Below are positions 31,741 through 45,515 of a stretch of DNA of 64,000 nt, piece by piece (position 1 is the stretch's first letter; each line of letters begins with the position of its first letter). This stretch comes from Eledone cirrhosa (lineage: Eukaryota), in NCBI GenBank assembly GCA_964016885.1, contig OZ024762.1:20212001-20276000 (forward strand), given 5' to 3'. The position numbers and the translations under genes were made by a program. Below the pieces are notes generated by a model. That model was not told the origin of the DNA and did not search any database. It worked only from the letters and a program-made list of their open reading frames with translations.

Positions 31741-32295
31741 CCACAACCACCACACCGCCACCACCACCATCACCACCACCCACACCACCATCACACCACC
31801 ACCATCACCACCACCACACCTGCCACCACCACCACCACCACCATCACACCACCACAACAACCACCACTGCCACCACCAACACACCACCACAACCACCATC
31901 AACATCACCACCACCACACCGCCACCACCACCACACTGCCACCACCACCACACCACCACCATCACCACCACCCACCACCACCACACCGCCACCACCACCA
32001 CACCACCACCACACCACCACCACCACCACCAACAAAAACAACAACAACAACAATTTAACTCATTCAAACAGTTTTTTAAGAGCTGCTGTTGTGTTGCATA
32101 AACCCAAAATACAAGTTCTTGTCTTGTATTACAAGTTTTTGGTTCCTTGTTTCAATCATGACTATGATGATGATGATAATGATGATGGTGGTGGTGGTGG
32201 TGGTGATTGTGGTGGTGGTGGTGGTTATTATGACATTGATGACCATGTCAATGATGGTGATGATAGTGGCGGTGGTGGTGGTGGTGGTGGTGGTG
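31741..32295. repeat. (CCA)n and (TGG/TGA)n trinucleotide tracts
   Basis: Direct inspection; source of spurious His/Pro/Thr ORFs. Confidence 0.9.
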
Positions 32296-34738
32296 AATTT
32301 TCTCTGATTGTGGAACCCACCCATCTGTCCTTGACCACCCTCCTCACCTACCCCCCCCAAATTCACCTCCACCTTACCCTATTCTTTGACAATGTGACAT
32401 CTTAGTCAGGTGTCACACAATACTGCATTTGTCTATGTCAGGTTTGGCCAGTTGAGACAAATTTATAAAAAATAAAATAGTAAAGCCATATTTCATAATG
32501 GCCGTGAGTTCAAATCCTGCTGTAGTCACCATAACATATCCCATTATCATTATCATCATTTGGCGGTGGATTGGCAGTATCGGTGGAGGGTTGGACGCCA
32601 TGCTTTCCAGCATAGTTACGTCCCTTTACGGTCTGAGTTCAAATCCCGCCGAGGTTGACTTTGCCTTTCATCCTTACGGGGTCGATAGAATAAAGTACCA
32701 GTAATGCACTGGTTAATTGCTGGCCTTGTGCCTAAAGTAGAAACAATTATCATTATCATTATTTTACATCCGTTTTTCCCTGCTTGCAAGGGTGAGACGG
32801 GTTCTATTCAGCACAGCATCTCTCCATTTGTCACGGTCCTCTGTCATCTCTTTGAGCTTCAGCGATCTGAAGTCAGTTCTCATCACCTCCGCCCATGATT
32901 TTCCTGATCTTCCTCTACTGCGTCTTCCTTCTACTGAGATTTCTTGGCACTTCTTCACCCAGCGGTCATCCTCCATGCACATCACATGTCCATACTAACG
33001 CAGTCGTCTCTCCTGTACACTACAGCCCTGTACACTACAGCTTATCCCTCTTATACACAATTTCTCTCTCAACTCATCTATGCTTGGTCATTCACACACA
33101 TTGACTTTGCATATCCAACGGAACATGCTTGCTTCATTTCTCTCCAGCTGTCGCATATCATTCATTACCATATTTCTAATGAAATACACTCTATTTTAAT
33201 TGATTAATTAAGAATTTTGAGGGATTTACTAAAATTATTAATTATTTAATTACTAAGATAGTAACTTAATTATGTTGGAAGATTTTAATTTAAGCTGGAA
33301 ACCATTAAAAGGGGTGGTTTTATTTCATAGAACCAGAGTCAGTTTTGGCCAGGTTGGTAACTAAAGGGATTTGAACTCAGACTGTAAAGGGGCGTAACTC
33401 TATGCTGCAAAGCATGGTGGATTGGCAGTATGAGTAGAGGGTCGGACGCCATGCTTTGCAGCATAGAGTTACACCCTTTTATGGTCTGAGTTCAAATCCC
33501 GTCGAGGTTAACTTTGCCTTTCATCCTTACGGGGTCGATAAAATAAAGTACCAGTAATGCAGTTGGGATCGATTTAATCAACTTTCCCCTCCCCCAAAAT
33601 TGCTGGCCTTGTGCCTATATAAGCAATCATTATTTTCATTTTATTGTTTATATATATATATATATGTGTCTTTTACTTTTCTTATATAAATAATACAAAT
33701 CTTTACACAAACAAAACCCACATCGTACCATCCTGTACCGTCCTGTCCCGTCTGTAATGTTTTTCTTGATGTCAGCCCTTGTGGCCAATAAAGAAATCAT
33801 TATTTGCCTTTCATCCTTACGGGGTCGATAAAATAAAGTACCAGTAATGTACTGGGTAATTGCTGGCCTTGTGCCTAAAGTAGAAACAATTATTTGTAAT
33901 TTATGTTATAATAATTGTTTCTACGTTAGGCACAAGGCCAGCAATTATCCAGTACATTACTGGTACTTTATTCTATCGACCCCGTAAGGATGAAAGGCAA
34001 AGTTAACCTCGGCGGGATTTGAACTCAGAATGGCAAGGGCCGTAACTCTATGCGCCAAAGCATGGCATCCGACACTCTACCAATACTGCCAATCCACCGC
34101 CTTTATGTTATAATAATAATGTTATAATATGTTATAATAATAATTGTTTCTACTTTTGGCACAAGGCCAGCAATTACCCAGTACATTACTGGTACTTTAT
34201 TCTATCGACCCCATAAGGATGAAAGGCAAAGTTAACCTCGGCGGGATTTGAACTCAGATCGTAATGCAATGTTGTGACTATTGTTGCTGATGTCGTTGTT
34301 GTTGTCATTGATGTAGCTGTTGCTGTCGTTGTTGTTGTTATAGTTGTAGTAGTTATTGTTGTTGTTGTTGTCGTAGTTATTCTTGTTGTTGTTGTGTTAG
34401 TTATTGTTGTAGTTATTGTTGTTGTTGTCGTAGTTATTGTTGTAGTTATTGTTGTTGTTGTTGTTGTTGTTATTGTAGATTTAGTTATTGTTGTTATAGT
34501 TGTAGTCGAGATATAAAATGGATATTAAGCAGTCTTACCGACTTAACGAGTGTTGCTGATGAATGTCCATACAGGGAGGTAACTCTATGCTTCAAAGCAT
34601 GGCATCCGATCCTCTACCGATACTGCCAATCCACCACCTTATATGTTATAATAATATGTTATAATAATTATGTTATAATAATAATGTTATAATATGTTAT
34701 AATAATAATACTAATTCTTATATTTGTTATTATTTCAG

Positions 34739-34780
34739 ATAACCAATATGGTAGAGAAGATTCAAGTGGAAGTTTATTAA
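34739..34780 (+). CDS. Candidate terminal coding exon of the unidentified gene (ITNMVEKIQVEVY*)
   Basis: ctaat branch-like motif and ttattatttcag acceptor; phase 0 is compatible with the 24752-24830 exon. Confidence 0.4.
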   Translation: MTNMVEKIQVEVY

Positions 34781-34839
34781 ATTTTAACAGATGTCAGATA
34801 CTCAGCTGTAAATACTGGATCAGAATCTTCATGTCTGAG

Positions 34840-35262
34840 ATACTACTACTACCACTGGTGCTATTACTACTGTAGCTACTACTACTATAATAGCTACCAC
34901 TAGGATTACTACTACTACTGTAGCTACCACTATCACCACCACACCACCACTGCTGCTGCTACTACTGTAGCTACCACTACCGCTACTGCTACTACAATAG
35001 CTATAACTAAGATTACTACTACTACTGTAGCTTCCACCATCATCACCACCACCACTACTACTACCACTACTATCACTGCTACAACTACCGTAGCTACTAC
35101 CACCATCATCACCACCACCACTACTACTACCACTACTATCACTGCTACAACTACCGTAGCTGCTACCATCACTACTACTACCACTACTACCACCACCACC
35201 ACTGTTACAACTACCATAGCTACCACCACCACTACTGCCACCACCACTACCATCACCACCAC
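34840..35262. repeat. (ACT/ACC)n trinucleotide-derived tract
   Basis: Direct inspection. Confidence 0.85.
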
Positions 35263-36530
35263 AATATAAAATATCTCTCACTAAAACAGGAGAACAAAAG
35301 ACCCATCACAGCCCCTCATTCCCCTTCACTTCCACATCTTTATAAGATATTATTATTATTATTATTTTTCCAGCATAGAGTTACGTCCCTTTATGATCTG
35401 GGTTCAAATCCCACCAAGGTTAACTTTGCCTTTCCTCCTTAAGGGGTCGATAAAATAAAGTACCAGTAATGCGCTGGGATAATTGCTGGCCTTGTGCCAA
35501 AAGTAGAAACAATTATTATTTTTGTTTAACCCTTTAGCATCTAAACCAGCCATATCCAGCCAGAATTCTCTCACCCCTTTCTGTTCAAACCGGCCATAAC
35601 CGGCTGCTCATACTTATGTCAAGGTATTGGTCTCAGCATAAATAATATCAAACCTCGTAGATTCGATATTATGTGAGATAAAGTATTTACTGTGAAAATA
35701 CAATAGGAAATATAGAGTAATGTAAATGCTAAAGGGTTCAGGTAGAAAATATTAAGATATTGGATAAAATGTTTTGTGGTATTTGTTCCAGCTCAACAAT
35801 CTGAGTTCAAATCCTGCCGAGGTCAACTTTGCTTTTCATCCTTATGAGGTTGATAAAATAAAGTACCAGTCAAATACTGGGACCAGTTCACTCGACCCTC
35901 TCCATCCCCACTCCCAATTTGCTGGCCTTGTTCCTAAATTAGAAGCCGTTATTATTAGCTTAAAGGGCAGTGGATTGGAAGAGGATCAGACACCATGCTT
36001 TGCGGCATAGAGTTATGGCCCTTTACAATCCGAGTTCAAAACCTGCCAAGGATAGCTTTACCTTTCATCCTTCCAGCGTCGATAGAATAAAGTACCAGTA
36101 ATGCACTGGGGTTTATTTAATTGACATCCCCATTCCCCCCCAATTTGCTGACCTTGTGCCTAATCAGAAACAATTATTATTAGCTCGAGGGCAATGAATT
36201 GGCAGTATCGGTAAAGGGTTGGACGCCATGCTTTTCAGCATAGAGTTACGCCCCTTTACGGACTGAGTTCAAATCCCGCCGAGGTTAACTTTGCCTTTCA
36301 TCCTTACGGGGTCGATAAACTAAAGTACCAGTAATGCACTGGGATAATTGCTGGCCTTGTGCCAAAAGTAGAAACAATTATTATTAGCTCAAAGCACCAA
36401 ATGTGTTCCTTCTTGCGATGACAATCATGTCCACATATAACAATGAGCTTTATGTATTTATTTGCTGTCACGCTAAAAAGATAGTGTGAAAGTAGGAGGC
36501 TGTTATAGGACAAATACAGAGTGAGTGACA

Positions 36531-37437
36531 AAGCCTTTTGTACGATGATATATATATATCAACCCACAGCACTTTACTATTACTTTATTTAAGTGACCCT
36601 GGAATGATGAAAGGCAAAGTTGATCACAGCTGGATTTAACCCCAGAACATCGGAAATCATTACTAAATGTTGCAAAGCATTTTGTCCGACACTCTAGCAA
36701 TTCTGCTAATCCACCACCTAATAACATACGGAAAATACTATCAATACAATAGAAACAACCAGCAAGAGCTACACTGCACATACCCAAGGTGCACAGGGCC
36801 GTGCTCGGTAAAGCTGTAATGAGGCGCGATAAAAATAATAAGGGAAATAATAATAATTGTTTCTACCTTAGGCACAAGGCCAGCAATTATCCCAGTGTAT
36901 TACTGGTGCTTTATTTTATTGACTCCGTAAGGATGAAAGGCAAAGTTAACCTTGGTGGGATTTGAACTCAGAACATAAAGAGTTATGGCCCTTTATGCTC
37001 TGAGTTCAAATCCCGCCAAGGTTAACTTTGCCTTTCATCCTTACGGGGTCGATAAAATAAAGCACCAGTAATGCACTGGGGGTTATTACAGGCCTTGTGC
37101 CTAAGGTAGAAACAATTATTATTATTTCCATTATTATTTTTATCGCGCCTCATTACAGCTTTACCGAGCACGGCCCTGTGCACCTTGGGTATGTGCAGTG
37201 TAGCTCTTGCTGGTTGTTTCTATTGTATTGATAGTATTTTCCGTATGTTATTAGGTGGTGGATTAGCAGAATTGTTAGAGTGCCGGACAAAATGCTTTGC
37301 AACATTTAGTAATGATTTCCGATGTTCTGGGGTTAAATCCAGCTGTGATCAACTTTGCCTTTCATCATTCCAGGGTCACTTAAATAAAGTAATAGTAAAG
37401 TGCTGTGGGTTGATATATATCATTGTACAAAAGCCTT
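36531..37437. repeat. Long inverted duplication, arms about 445 bp, centre about 36980-36991
   Basis: ORFs 36503..36787(-) and 37185..37454(+) translate identically for about 80 aa; arms are reverse complements with few mismatches. Confidence 0.92.
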
Positions 37438-37959
37438 GGGTATGTGCAGTGTAGCTCTTGCTGGTTGTTTAATGAATCATACATACTAGTACGGCCCACA
37501 TTTTGTGAAGAGGATTGTCCATATAATGTTAGGAGGGCAAACCACGTTGTAGCCATGGACAAAAATGGTACTTTACCTATTATATATTTTATAACAATCA
37601 GTTATCTATGGAGCTGAAAAATGTGTCATAACAAACCCTCAACCACCCCCAAAACCCTAATTAAGGCCCAGTGGGATGTATGTGAATATACAGATATCCA
37701 AGGATAATTGTAACACTAATAATGTCTTTATTGGCCACTTGAACAACAACAACAACAGTATCAAATCTGCACCCACACATATCAACCCCCACCCCATACA
37801 CACACACTCATCACCCCCGCAAAAAAAAAAAAAGAAAAACCAATAAATATCCAACAATTGCTCAAAAATCTCATATTTCCATTTATTTGTAGACTGTATT
37901 ATATGTGAATTTATATATTTTAATAAACTTTTGAATAAGCCTTGCTCATTACGATTGAC

Positions 37960-37990
<31 letters not shown>

Positions 37991-38416
37991 TGCCCCCTCG
38001 TTATCGAGTATGGCCATTGCACAATATAACATTACTAATAATTATCAATTAATTCTATCATGCAATGCCTGTGCATGAAGATTTTTTTTAAAGTGAGGAA
38101 AGACTGTGCACTGAGCCAATCCCACTCTCTGAGCGACAGTAGCTATAAGCCGAAAAGAGGAAAACACCAACATCATCGGTAACTACTGAGCCGCAGGGTT
38201 TATGTCAGAGTTATCCCAGTTTCCTGAGTTGCCTTCTCCTAGAAGAATACCCTAACAAAGGCTAGGGGGTCGTTTACTCCCAGTGGTTTAACTGTGTGAT
38301 CGGGTATCCAGCCCGATTATTTCTATTTTGCCGTGCATATACATACACATGTATGCATGTATATACATATATACATATACACATGCATACATACACATGC
38401 ATACATATATATATAT

Positions 38417-38449
<33 letters not shown>

Positions 38450-38651
38450 CATACACACATATATATATATTTATATATATAAACATACACCGACAGACAG
38501 ACAAATACACACACACAAACACACACACATACAGACGAACCTACCTACAGGCAGGCATAGATACATTCTCACTTGCACAGAGAGGCTCACACACACACAC
38601 ACACACACGCACACATGGATCACATATCTGTTGAAAGAAATTAATACGAAA

Positions 38652-39185
38652 ACTGACCATAAACCCTGTGAAACACTGACCACAAACCCTGTCAAACACT
38701 GACCATATACTCTGTCAAAGACTGACCACACACACCATCACAGTCTGACCATATACTCTGTCAAAGACTGACCACACACACCATCACAGTCTGACCATAT
38801 ACTCTGTCAAACACTGACCGCACACCCTGTCAAAGTCTGACCATATACTCTGTCAAACATGACCGCACACCCTGTCAAAGTCTGACCATATAATCTGTCA
38901 AACATGACCACACACCCTGTCAAAATCTGACTACATTCAGCCAAAAATTGATCAAATCCAGTAATAAATTGACCACACCTAGTCAAACACTGATTATATA
39001 TCCAGTCAAAGTTTGACCATACCTAGTCTGAATTTGACCAGATATCAAGTCAAACATTGTCCAGCATAAGTCAAAGTTTAACACACCTATTCCAAATCTG
39101 ACCACATATCCAGCCAAAGTTTGACCAGCTTCAGTCAATAAACTGACCACAATCAGTCAACTACAGACTATATACCCAGTCAAAA
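38652..39185. repeat. Degenerate 21-23-bp minisatellite (gtcaaacactgaccacacaccct)
   Basis: Direct inspection. Confidence 0.8.
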
Positions 39186-39379
39186 ATGTCAATATATATT
39201 AAACTATCTTCTGAAATTCCATTGCCCCACCCCCCACTCCACCACATGTTTGTTTCTTTTATTTTAATTTAATTTAATAGCATTTTATTTCCCTTGAATG
39301 GACCTGTTATTTTTCTCTAAAAACATTTTTTCCAATTCCACTCCGCCCGTCCCTTCAATCTTTCTAATTTCTCATTCTT

Positions 39380-39415
39380 TCTTCTGATGAAGGACTAGCG
39401 TCCGAAACGTTAAGA
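39380..39415 (+). ncRNA. Minimal type-I hammerhead ribozyme motif
   Basis: TCTT-CTGATGA-A-GGAC(TAGC)GTCC-GAAA-CG-TT-AAGA: stem I TCTT/AAGA, stem II GGAC/GTCC, loopless palindromic stem III ACGT. Confidence 0.65.
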
Positions 39416-39560
39416 CCCTCTTCCTGCTATATCAAGCGTTAACCTAATATATTCCTTCCATATACTGTACCGATTGTGTTGTTATTTCTGTTTTCCTTTT
39501 ACATACATATTACATATATATACACATACACACACATATATATTATATATACATACACAC

Positions 39561-39610
<50 letters not shown>

Positions 39611-39615
39611 GTATA

Positions 39616-39650
<35 letters not shown>

Positions 39651-39669
39651 GTATAATGTATATATATAT

Positions 39670-39707
<38 letters not shown>

Positions 39708-39728
39708 ATGTATAATGTATATATATAT

Positions 39729-39766
<38 letters not shown>

Positions 39767-39852
39767 ATGTATAATGTATATATATATATATAATGTATAT
39801 ATATATGTATAATGTATATATATATATATAATGTATATATATATAATGTATA

Positions 39853-39891
<39 letters not shown>

Positions 39892-39938
39892 GTATAATGT
39901 ATATATATATATATAATGTATTATGTATATATATATAC

Positions 39939-39999
<61 letters not shown>

Positions 40000-40252
40000 C
40001 CGTATTTCCCAACGTCGAAGACGTTATTTTTTTCCTAAAATAAGTCTCAAAAATCTACCATACGTCCTGGAGGCCGAAGGTTGTTTATTATTTTTTTTCA
40101 AATGGGGTCGATAAAATAAAGTACCAGTAATGCACTGGGTAATTGCTGGCCTTGTGCCTAAAGTAGAAACAATTATTTTTTTTCAAATTTTTGGTTGTCA
40201 AAATTAGGGTACGTCCTCAAGGAGGAAGCCTCTTCAGCGCCAGGAAATACGG
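40000..40252. mobile_element. Tc2/pogo-like MITE with TA target duplication, carrying a SINE-A 3' fragment (other copies about 44539-44708 and 62267-62420)
   Basis: TA-CCGTATTTCC ... GGAAATACGG-TA terminal inverted repeats. Confidence 0.75.
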
Positions 40253-40921
40253 TATATATGTGAATGTGTGTGTGTGTGAAATATGTGGATTCCTCATGTA
40301 TATCGAGAGGTGACCACAGTTAAAAAAAAGTACTCAATACACATTAGTAGAGTACAGGCATCTTTATTCTATTATAGAAGTGACTTCTACAAGACTAGAA
40401 CTGTTTCATTCATAAGAAAATCACCAGGAAAGATCTGATGATCTCTTACGAATGAAACAGTTCTAGTCCCGTAGAAGTAATTTCTATAATATTAATTATA
40501 ATAATAATAATATATATATATATATTTCGTTTCTGAATTTGTTTAGCAAGATTCTTTATCTGAAATCGTGTGTTGAAACCGATATTGTTATACTTTGGGA
40601 GGGTCATGTTGCCAATAAGAAACACACGCACCAGTTGCTTTCAATTCAATTTATTATAATAAATTTATAATAAATTTATAAATTTATAAATTTATTATAA
40701 ATTTATTATAAATTTATTATAATAAATTGAAGTGAAAGCAACTGGTGCGTGTGTTTCTTATTGGCAACATGACCCTCCCAAAGTATAACAATATATATAT
40801 ATATATATTTATAAAACCATATTTATTTCATTATACATATTTCAGGGATACCAAATTAAATCATGGTATGCCTTCATCAGACAAAATACAATATATAAAA
40901 CTGTTATATATTGTATTTTGT

Positions 40922-40968
40922 CTGATGAAGGCATACCATAATTTAATGTGGTATCCCTGAAATATGTA
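40922..40968 (+). ncRNA. Hammerhead-like motif with extended stem II (mirror copy on - at about 40833-40880)
   Basis: CTGATGA-AGGCATACCATA...TGTGGTATCCCT-GAAA-TATG-TA; stem I not convincingly paired. Confidence 0.45.
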
Positions 40969-41017
40969 TAATGAAATAAATATGGTTTTATAAATATAGT
41001 TTCCATTTATTAATATC

Positions 41018-41079
<62 letters not shown>

Positions 41080-42156
41080 GAAAAGTATAGAAATTGTTGT
41101 AGCGAGAAGCTAACAGTATTCCATAACATATATGTGACTATAGCGTCAAAATGGGAAAATAGTTAACATAAGATATGGGAAAAATAATTCAGACTCAATT
41201 CAAAAGGAATCAGGATATAGATTTATCCAACAGAATTTAGAGAAATCCAGGGAAAAATCAATAGAGCTTTAACTCATGATAAAACAAAGTCTAAAGTACT
41301 CAACCTTCAATTTGGGACAACTTCAAATGCTCTGTATAGTCTTGAAAAGACTATTTCACGAATATATATATATATATATATATAGGTGTATATATATATA
41401 TAGGTGTATATATATATATAGGTGTATATATATATATAGGTGTATATATATGACCCGTCCCACCACTGCAAGCAGGGAAAAGCAGACATAAAATGATGAT
41501 GATGATGATGATATATATATATATATATGTGTATATATAACGAAGGAGGTGTGGTATGGAACCAGATGGACCATAATGCACCAGAGTACTCAATACTTAG
41601 GGTAGTAGAGTGGGTAATAGGAAAATGTTTAACCCCGACGGCAGAGCTCAAGCCGTTTTGACGGCTAAATAGCCGTCGAAACGGATCGAGTTCTGCCGTC
41701 GGGGTTAAACATTTTCCTATATGTGTATATATATATATATGTGTATATATATATATATATATACCAGATGTGGCTGGATATAACTAGATATAACTGGATA
41801 CAACAGGATATAGCTGGATATAACTAGTTATAACTAGATACAATTACCCTGTAACTACATATAACTGGATAAAACTCAGATTTTGGTCTTTGCATTTATT
41901 ATTACTAAATATATATATGTATATATATAGTTCAGGGAGACAACAGAGGTGCAAAAAGTCTTAGTTTCACGCTTTATATTGAAAAGAGGAAAGAAAGTTT
42001 GACGTGTCGGGTGTAAGCCCTTCTTCAGTACAAAGTAGAGACAGGATCACAAAGGAGAAACAGAAAAAAGGTCCGAGTAAAGACAAGAAGTTGAAAATGA
42101 AGAGTGAAAATAAGACAAACTGTTAAGTCGACTTGTACATATATATATATATATAT

Positions 42157-43100
42157 AGGAAAATGTTCAGGACCCCGACGGCAGAGCTCAAGCCGTTTCG
42201 ACGGCTATTTCTGGACTAAATTAGATTTTTAGCATGGTAATAAAGAGCCGAACTTTTCAAGGGGTAATTCTTTATATGGGAAGATTGTAGTTGTCAAAAG
42301 GATTGGTCAAAATTTCTTTTAAACACAATCAAATCTTTCATGGTGGTGGGTGGGAGGTGGGGGTGGCTGAACTTCCCTGTAGAACAATGAGGAAGTGGAT
42401 GGAGCTGGCCAAGCGATGAAAGTGAATTCTATACAGCAAATTCTAAGGAGTGTGGAAGAAACTAGGCTAGCTAGAAAGCAGGCGAAAAAAGAATTCTGGA
42501 GGAATCTGAGAGTGGGAAGTTATAAAATTAAAAGTTAATAAATTGAAATTAAAAACATAAAAAATAATAAATAAAAATAATAATAATATCAAAAAATGAA
42601 ATAATAAAAAAATGATAAAAAAACTAAAGTCTAAAACAGCTGCTATATTTTTAGTTGGTATTGCGTTTTCGACCAGTGCTATATAGAATTTACTGGGGTG
42701 GGGGTACTGAGGCTACAGAAGCCCGATGGGCTGCCTCAGGGTAAGCGAAAGAGGAAAAAGGAAAAGGAAGAGGAGAGGGAGTGGAAGGAAGTGAGAAGAA
42801 GAGATAAAGGGAAAAAAGAAAAGAAGTACATCAACCTATGTATGCTGGGGTTTCCCCTATCTTGTTCGGCAAGTGGGGAAAAGAAGGATGTTGCAGCCAT
42901 TGTCTACCCACCCGGGTCATGGGGGGGGGGGGGGGGTAAGTCCTACTCAATCGGTGTTTACATGTGGTTACAAGTTTGTCTTTTTTGTTTAGGAGTTGGT
43001 CCTTCGTAAACAGCATTTGTATTGTTTCCTCCGAGCATAAGTTACATGGATGGCATCCTCCCATGTAGGAGTTACATGTAGTGTAGTAAATAAAGCAGCT
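42157..43100 (-). mobile_element. Penelope-like element 3' remnant (GIY-YIG endonuclease C-terminus, 3' UTR, pLTR end)
   Basis: 42951-43076 minus reads CNSYMGGCHPCNLCSEETIQMLFTKDQLLNKKDKLVTTCKHR, resembling the recalled PLE C-terminal CxLC..E...LLNK..EL..CRH motif; runs into the 30573-family terminus and (TA)n. Confidence 0.65.
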
Positions 43101-43261
43101 TGCTCTCATCCAGCAATGTCTCATGTAGTTGTCTCACTAAGAAAAGGCATCTATGGTGCTTCTTCTTTGGCACAAAACAAAATTACATCTCATCTAATTT
43201 GACTCTTTCCCTAATTAATTGTGTTAAAACTTTCTATTTCATATATATGCATATGTATATA

Positions 43262-43316
<55 letters not shown>

Positions 43317-43591
43317 GTTTGTATATGTATAATAAAGCCAAAACAATGCAGGTATGGACATAGAATAAAGAATGCAAATGCAAAAGATATTGTTGACAAT
43401 TAGTCTTTTACCTTAGATTTATTTAAATGTCATTAATTTTCGAGATAATATCTCTTCTTCGGAGGGAAGTAAAGCGGTTAAACCAGTGTTCTAAATAGCT
43501 TGATTCCATACCTGCATTGTTTTGGCTTTATTATACATATACAAACGTTTATACCTCATTACACAATGCTTCAAGTGAACTATAACTTCCT

Positions 43592-43654
<63 letters not shown>

Positions 43655-43764
43655 CACACACACACATACATATATATATAAATATACATATACATATATA
43701 TATATATATTTATTAAAACAACAGATTAAAGTTTAAGCAAAGAATTGCTGCTTTCACCCTTAAC

Positions 43765-44062
43765 GAGATGGGTTGGGCTCCAAAACTATGGTTCCATTGT
43801 GAGATGAGTTGGGCTCCAAAACTATGGTTCCATTGTGAGATGAGTTGGGCTCCAAAACTATGGTTCCATTGTGAGATGGGTTGGGCTCCAAAACTATGGT
43901 TCCATTGTGAGATGAGTTGGGCTCCAAAACTATGGTTCCATTGAGATGGGTTGGGCTCCAAAACTATGGTTCCATTGTGAGATGAGTTGGGCTCCAAAAC
44001 TATGGTTTCATTGTGAGATGGGTTGGGCTCCAAAACTATGGTTTCATTGTGAGATGGGTTTG
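43765..44062. repeat. 36-bp tandem repeat, about 8 copies
   Basis: GAGATG(A/G)GTTGGGCTCCAAAACTATGGTTCCATTGT. Confidence 0.92.
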
Positions 44063-45515
44063 GCATGGCCAACTGGCCTGTCCCTCCTTATCATGGAGCC
44101 ATCCAGTTCCACACTGTAAATATGGTTGGTGTTAGGTAGGGCATCCAACTGTAAAATACCCGGCCAAATTTACAATCCTCACTGGAACAAAGTGTGAGAT
44201 GGCCAACTCTGGCCAGGCTTGCCTCCCAGTGTGGACGACCCGTCTAACCCATGCAAGCATGGAAAAATGGATGCTGAATGGTGATGGTGATGATACAGCA
44301 TATAGGAATGGAATATACATACATCCTACTAGCACGTATAACATACATGACTATACACTCATTTTACTAGCAGATGTGGTTTATCGTGATTATATAGCTT
44401 GCAGGAATATACACCCAGGTGGCTTCTGATAGGTAGGTTTTTAACCCTTTCATTACCATATTTCTAATGAAAAACATTGACTATGATTTTCAAATAATTT
44501 TTAAAATAATAAAAAATTTGGAAGGATTTAGTAATATACCATATTTCCTGGCGCCGAACACGCTTCATCCTTGGGGACGCACCCTAATTTTGACAAGCAA
44601 AAATTTAAAAAAAAAAATAAAAAACAACCTTCAGCCTCAGGGAGGCATGGTAGATTTTTGAGATTTATTTTAGGAAAAAGGTAGCATCTTTGACACCAGG
44701 AAATACAGTGGCTAACTTTCTCATTGTTAAAATGGTGTTTAGAACATAACTTAAAGGTTCTTACATAAAATTATGATGGAAGATTTTTAGATAAATATAA
44801 ACACTTTAACCCTTTTTGTTACCATATTTCCAATAAAAGACACTGGTTATGGTTTTCAAATAATTTTGGAAATAAAAAAAATTTGGAGGGATTTAGTAAT
44901 ATAGCTAACTTTGTGTTATTTAGTTATTTTTTGGAGCATACAGTTAACAGTGTTCTTATATAAAACCACGAGGGAAGGTTTTTAGATAAATATCTTTAGA
45001 AACCGCGGAGTGGGGAGACCCAAGATGACTTGGGATGAGGTGATAAAAGCCGACCTTACCCAACTACACCTCTCAAAGTCAATGACACACGACCGTGACT
45101 TCTGGCGTCACGCAGTAATACAGGGTACCCGACCTCCCATGGGTACATGCTGAAGCATATAAACAATATGCCCCCACTCCCCCCCCCACCGCAAGGTGGT
45201 CGTGGAGGTGCCACGGCAAAAAAAGCACCCAGCCTACACTGTAAAGTGGACGTGTAGGCGCCACGAAAAAGCACCCAGCGCTCACTGTAAATGAGGTTGG
45301 TGTTAGGAAGGGCATCCAGCTGTAGAAATCAAGCCAGATCAGTTCCTGTATGAGCAAGGCATGGTCAGCCGACCAGACACTGCCCACAACAGGACAACCC
45401 GTCTAACCCATGCTAGCGTGGAAGAACGGACGTAAAACGGTGATGATGATGATGATGATGATCTTCTTTTTTCTTTAGGTCGGGCTGATTGCCTGGACCA
45501 ATTCTACTCTTATCT

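Noticed and set aside
31616-32405. His/Pro-rich or Gly/Asp-rich proteins
   Set aside because: (CCA)n and (TGG)n microsatellites; ORF starts lie in SINE sequence and no splice signals were found.
41100-41360. Another GIY-YIG remnant between TA runs
   Set aside because: Similarity too weak, with multiple stops; cannot be supported without a search.
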